From Candidatus Methylomirabilales bacterium (GTDB lineage Bacteria > Methylomirabilota > Methylomirabilia > Methylomirabilales > CSP1-5): a stretch of DNA of 11,130 nt. The translations under genes were made by a program, and so were the position numbers. Each line of letters opens with the position of its first letter. Position 1 is the stretch's first letter. This document shows, piece by piece, positions 7,737 to 11,130 of this stretch. The notes beneath the pieces were generated by a model that saw only the letters and a program-made list of their open reading frames with translations, was not told the DNA's origin and made no database searches. The stretch spans positions 1 through 11,130 of the forward strand of contig JBHIAH010000083.1 in the NCBI GenBank assembly GCA_046758505.1, read 5' to 3'.

Positions 7737-8153
7737 ATGACAGACTTCAAACAGTGTCACCTGATTCTGGAGTGTGCCAAGTGCTCGATGCTCAACTACA
7801 TGGACCCCTTCACCTTCTGGAACTTTTCGGGGAAGACCAAGTGTGCGGGGTGTGACGCGGTCTACGCGGTCACGTACTCCAATGGGCAGAAGATGAAGGG
7901 CCCGGACGCGGCTGAGGGGAAGCCGGATCGGCTGCCCGGGTTCGCCCAGACCAAGGATTTCAAGACCCAGGTTACGACGTCGGGCAAGGTGAGCCCCCCT
8001 TCGTACGCCCGGGACCCCGAAAATAAGCACGGACCGACGTACAAGAATGTCCGGGGCAACCTGGTGGCGGCCGGAAAGCTATCGGCCGCGGACCTGGTGG
8101 GGAGTCGCGCTCGGTTCATCGCCGAGCGGACGCCCTATAAGCCGGCGTCGTAG
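7737..8153 (+). CDS. Hypothetical Zn-ribbon protein (CxxC-x19-CxxC), 138 aa
   Basis: Strong SD AAGGAGG before ATG 7737; C13AKC16 and C36AGC39; GC3-rich codons like its neighbours; 29 nt after the transferase stop. Confidence 0.85.
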   Translation: MTDFKQCHLILECAKCSMLNYMDPFTFWNFSGKTKCAGCDAVYAVTYSNGQKMKGPDAAEGKPDRLPGFAQTKDFKTQVTTSGKVSPPSYARDPENKHGPTYKNVRGNLVAAGKLSAADLVGSRARFIAERTPYKPAS

Positions 8154-8236
8154 GCGAAGGTGCGGGGGCGCTCGGGATGGGGCGCCTCCGCCTTCCGTGG
8201 GTCTGCTTGTGACTTGACAGAGAGGAGGCATGCGGA

Positions 8237-8449
8237 ATGGCAAAAGGGACCTGGCCGACCGAAACGTATCCCTTTGGGTGTCCCCACTACGCGCGGGCGC
8301 TCGATCCCTATATTGCGCACGTGTACTGGGGCTACGATGTGGTGAACGACTGGCCGTATCAGAAAATCGTTCCCAAGGGGAGCGAGCCCAAGGAGTGTGA
8401 TTACTGCAAGGGGACGGCCCCGATTCGGAAAGGGTTTCCCTTCGAGTAG
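8237..8449 (+). CDS. Hypothetical 70-aa aromatic-rich microprotein with CxH..CxxC
   Basis: SD AGGAGG (8223-8228) 8 nt before ATG; C15-P-H17 and C54-D-Y-C57; protein-like composition; followed by a strong hairpin. Confidence 0.75.
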   Translation: MAKGTWPTETYPFGCPHYARALDPYIAHVYWGYDVVNDWPYQKIVPKGSEPKECDYCKGTAPIRKGFPFE

Positions 8450-8470
8450 CTGTACCTCATCGAGGGATGG

Positions 8471-8510
8471 TAAACACATCACGACCGCCCCGGCGGTCGT
8501 GATGTGTTTA
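8471..8510. terminator. Perfect 19-bp inverted repeat (probable terminator or processing hairpin)
   Basis: TAAACACATCACGACCGCC-cc-GGCGGTCGTGATGTGTTTA with a T-rich 3' end (GTGTTTATGTTT), 21 nt after the stop at 8449. Confidence 0.7.
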
Positions 8511-8522
8511 TGTTTCGGTCCG

Positions 8523-8551
8523 TTGACGGATGTGTGTTCGCGTGCTAGGGT
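8523..8551 (+). promoter_or_regulatory. Putative sigma70-type promoter for the Trx-like protein/CoA-ligase unit
   Basis: TTGACG (8523-8528), 17-bp spacer, extended -10 TGcTAGGGT (TAGGGT 8546-8551). Confidence 0.6.
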
Positions 8552-8601
8552 GAAGTGTCTGCTTCATTCCCAGCTTTTCTTCAGCCAAAAAGGAGGTCGT
8601 G

Positions 8602-8976
8602 ATGAAGGTCGAGTTTTATTACAGCAGCAAACATGCAGTCGGGTCCCAGTTCCCGTGTGATAATCAAAAGGCCCTCGACCTGTGCAAGCAGTTACAGGCA
8701 AAGGGGGTCGCCGTCAAGACGCAGGACTGTGGAGAGGAGGCGGCTGCCTTCATGACGTACAATGCGGCGGTGACGGGGCCCCCTGCGGCCAAGCGCCCGG
8801 TCTTCGGGGCCAAGGGAGCGTTGGAGGAGGATTTTGGCAAGACGGTCCCGGCGCTGCTCATCTTCGAGAAGGAAGGGGACCGATATCCGACCGAGGTCTT
8901 TCCGCGGTCGGATCGGGAGCTCAGTAAGCTCGTCGGCATCGAAGAGGCCCTCCAGAATCTGCTGAATCAGGCCTAG
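8602..8976 (+). CDS. Hypothetical protein, possible thioredoxin/glutaredoxin-like fold without CxxC, 124 aa
   Basis: SD AGGAGGT (8591-8597) favours ATG 8602 over GTG 8599. beta1-like KVEFYYS, helix NQKALDLCKQLQAKGV, strand VAVKTQD and a Grx-like cis-Pro motif GKTVPALLI. The ORF is well supported; the fold is an inference. Confidence 0.8.
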   Translation: MKVEFYYSSKHAVGSQFPCDNQKALDLCKQLQAKGVAVKTQDCGEEAAAFMTYNAAVTGPPAAKRPVFGAKGALEEDFGKTVPALLIFEKEGDRYPTEVFPRSDRELSKLVGIEEALQNLLNQA

Positions 8977-8992
8977 GGAAGGAGGAGGCGTC

Positions 8993-10657
8993 ATGGGAAA
9001 AATCCCGGAAGGATATCTTCCCTCAAAGGAGCTGTGGCCGACGCGGACCTACACGCTCCCCGAGTTCCAGGCCTACCCTCAAAAATTCAACAGCACCGAG
9101 GAGTTCCTGGACAAACAGGTGACTGCCGGGAGAGGGGATCGCGTCGCCATCCTCTTTGAGGATAAGAAGGTCCCCTATAAGGCACTGCTCGGCATGGTGA
9201 ACAAACTCGGGAGCAGCCTGAAGGCCTTGGGCATCGGAGAGGCGGACCGGGTCGCCCTGCGCGCCCCGAATATTCCCCCCGCCCTGGTGACGAATCTTGC
9301 CGTCCTGAAGATTGGCGCCGTCTTCCTCCCGACATCCGGCCTCTTCTCGCGGGCCGAGATCGCCCACGTCTTCAACAATGCAGAGGTCAAGGCGGTCGTC
9401 GTGGCGGCTGCGTTGCTCGAGGAATTGGAGAAGGCGAGACCCGACCTCAAAACCATGCAACATATCATCGTGCTCGGGGGCACGCCCGAGCAGCAGGCCG
9501 CGTGTAAGCAGAAGGGCTATCTCCTGTACCAGGAGCTTCTCGATGGCGGGCAACCGGAGTGTGACCCGGTCCGCCGCGATCGGATGGATGTCTCCGTCCT
9601 GCTGTACACCTCCGGCACCACGGGTCTCCCCAAGGGGACGGCCCATTTTCTGGAAGAGGCCCTCATCGTTCCGGACAGCTTCGGCAAGCACTGCTGGGGG
9701 GTCACGGAGAACGATGTCATCCTGAGTGCCGCTCCGATCGCCATGGCGGCCGGGTACTCCGCCGTAGCCACCATCCCGTACCGGTTCGGGGCGGCGGTTT
9801 CTATCTTTCCCCGGTTCACCCCCGAGGGGATGTTGGAGCAGATTCAAAACCATAAGGCGACGATCCTCTCGGCCTTGCCGACGGCCTACCGGAAGATGCT
9901 TCAGGTCCCGGACGCCGAGAAGAAGTTCAACCTGAGTTCCCTCCGGATCTGTACGGGTGGGGGGGAGTCGCTGACGGCCAAGACCTACCACGACTGGAAG
10001 GCCAAGTTTGGTCAGGAGATCTTCGAGGGGCTGGGCACTACGGAGATGATGTTCGTCTTCATCTCGTCTGCGGCGACGAAAAAGGTCAAGCCCGGCTCCA
10101 TCGGTCCGGCGATCCCGGGATACGAGGTCAAGGTGATCAACGAGGAGGGGCAGGATTGCAAGCCGGGCGAGACGGGACAGCTCGTGGCCCGGGGCCCCAC
10201 GGGGACTATCTACTGGCGCGATCCCGAGAAGCAGCGCTCCGTCGTCAAGGACGGCTGGTGTCGGGCCGGTGACATGGTCACCATGGACGAGGATGGCTAT
10301 ATCTGGTTCCTCTCGCGCGAGGATGACCTGATCAAGTCCTCCGGCTACCGGATCGGCCCGGAAGAGATCGAGGATGTCCTCGTCACCCACCCAGCCGTGG
10401 CGGATGCCGGGGTGGTCGGGGTTCCGGACGCGGTGATGGGGCAAAAGACCAAGGCCTACGTCCAGCTCAAGGCGGGCCAGCAGGGCTCGGAGGCTCTCGA
10501 GCAAGAGCTGATCGAATTCTGCCGCGGCAAGGTGGCGGTCTACAAGCTCCCGCGGGTGGTGGAGTTCATTGACAAGATGCCACGGGCCCCTGGGCCGGGA
10601 GGCCCGGGGACCGGGAAGCTCCTTCGGCGCGTCTTGAGGCAGCGGGAGACAGGATAA
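8993..10657 (+). CDS. AMP-forming acyl/aryl-CoA ligase, 2-aminobenzoate/benzoate-CoA ligase-like
   Basis: A3 YTSGTTGLPKG, A5 EGLGTTE, KPGSIGPAIPGYEVKV, A7/A8 AGDMVTMDEDGYIWFLSREDDLIKSSGYRIGPEEIE, A10 TGK(542)LLR. The N-terminus (LPSKELWP..TLPEF..PQKFNSTEEFLDKQVTAGRGDR..RVALRAPN) resembles the AbmG-type pattern. SD GGAGGAGG. Confidence 0.92.
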   Translation: MGKIPEGYLPSKELWPTRTYTLPEFQAYPQKFNSTEEFLDKQVTAGRGDRVAILFEDKKVPYKALLGMVNKLGSSLKALGIGEADRVALRAPNIPPALVTNLAVLKIGAVFLPTSGLFSRAEIAHVFNNAEVKAVVVAAALLEELEKARPDLKTMQHIIVLGGTPEQQAACKQKGYLLYQELLDGGQPECDPVRRDRMDVSVLLYTSGTTGLPKGTAHFLEEALIVPDSFGKHCWGVTENDVILSAAPIAMAAGYSAVATIPYRFGAAVSIFPRFTPEGMLEQIQNHKATILSALPTAYRKMLQVPDAEKKFNLSSLRICTGGGESLTAKTYHDWKAKFGQEIFEGLGTTEMMFVFISSAATKKVKPGSIGPAIPGYEVKVINEEGQDCKPGETGQLVARGPTGTIYWRDPEKQRSVVKDGWCRAGDMVTMDEDGYIWFLSREDDLIKSSGYRIGPEEIEDVLVTHPAVADAGVVGVPDAVMGQKTKAYVQLKAGQQGSEALEQELIEFCRGKVAVYKLPRVVEFIDKMPRAPGPGGPGTGKLLRRVLRQRETG

Positions 10658-10808
10658 GCCAAGGCCTGGCCCTTCGATTTATACGTTCGATGATGAACGT
10701 ACTCCCTCAGGAGTTGCTGGTGAGGGAGCAAAGGTGTTCATCATACGTGTAGGAATGCGGCACGGTATTTGCGAATCAAAGCACGAGGGCTGCACGAATG
10801 AGGGAAAA

Positions 10809-10978
10809 AGCAGTCAGCGGTCTGCTGTCAGCGGCGACAGGCCAACGGCTAGAACGCTGGACAGCGCGAACGCGAGGATGCTGAGAGAATTATCAGTCTT
10901 TGGCCTTTCAGTCCTGCGAGCCTCCCAGCATTCCAGCGGCTGGTTGCTGACGGCTGAGTGATAGCTGACGGCTGACTG
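10809..10978. repeat. Nested inverted 7-mer/8-mer tandem-repeat element (long hairpin)
   Basis: Outer heptamers agcagtc agcggtc tgctgtc agcggcg pair with (g/t)gctgac units; 10811-10826 versus the reverse complement of 10963-10978 matches 14/16. Inner octamers gctagaac gctggaca gcgcgaac gcgaggat gctgagag face ctttcagt..ctcccagc attccagc. Confidence 0.85.
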
Positions 10979-11038
10979 GTGTTTTTAGGGGAGCACTCCG
11001 GAGAGTGACCCCGCAGGAATCGAGAGGCAAGAAAGGGG

Positions 11039-11074
11039 AGGGGCCCGGCACTGTCGGGGCCCCTTTTCTATTTT
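11039..11074 (+). terminator. Intrinsic (rho-independent) terminator
   Basis: AGGGGCCC-GGCAcTGTC-g-GGGCCCCT stem followed by TTTCTATTTT. An A-rich tract upstream (AAGAAA) may make it bidirectional. Confidence 0.8.
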
Positions 11075-11130
11075 GGGGTCTGTTGCATTTTCGGTGCAGT
11101 CCGACCTAGGGAAATTTCCCGCCAAGATAC

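Noticed and set aside
9023..10504. 493-aa minus-strand ORF
   Set aside because: Antisense shadow of the CoA ligase, as expected from GC-rich codon bias; no recognisable motifs.
10734..10961. 75-aa ORF downstream of the ligase
   Set aside because: GTG start buried in a strong hairpin, and about two thirds of it is translated 7/8-mer repeat. A GGGAG upstream means it cannot be fully excluded, but it is unsupported.
10985..11070. Known riboswitch (yybP-ykoY, glycine, T-box) ahead of the terminator
   Set aside because: Only fragments (AGGGGAG, GGAGAG) match; the other conserved elements of these families are absent.

Overview
GC-rich bacterial chromosomal window with all credible genes on the + strand. 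The left part (1-3820) is housekeeping: the 3' part of ftsZ, pgeF (yfiH/ylmD), yggS, a small S4-domain protein of the RqcP/YabO type and a transaldolase (FSA/TalC family). The right part (3871-10657) is an apparently uncharacterised organic-acid activation locus. It has a strong sigma70-type promoter, an IclR regulator, two translationally coupled and divergent family III (CaiB/BaiF) CoA-transferase subunits, a 138-aa CxxC..CxxC Zn-ribbon protein and a 70-aa CxH..CxxC microprotein. After a perfect 19-bp inverted repeat and a second promoter come a CxxC-less thioredoxin/glutaredoxin-like protein and a 2-aminobenzoate/benzoate-CoA-ligase-like enzyme with an altered substrate pocket and an insertion in its catalytic-Lys loop. 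Three intergenic regions (~1784-1876, 2664-2856, 10809-10978) carry related 7-mer/8-mer tandem repeats, arranged as clear inverted arrays in two of them. The ~410 nt after the ligase are highly structured and end in an intrinsic terminator. No tRNA, rRNA, CRISPR array or transposase was recognised. All protein calls come from motifs read by eye; no database search was run.
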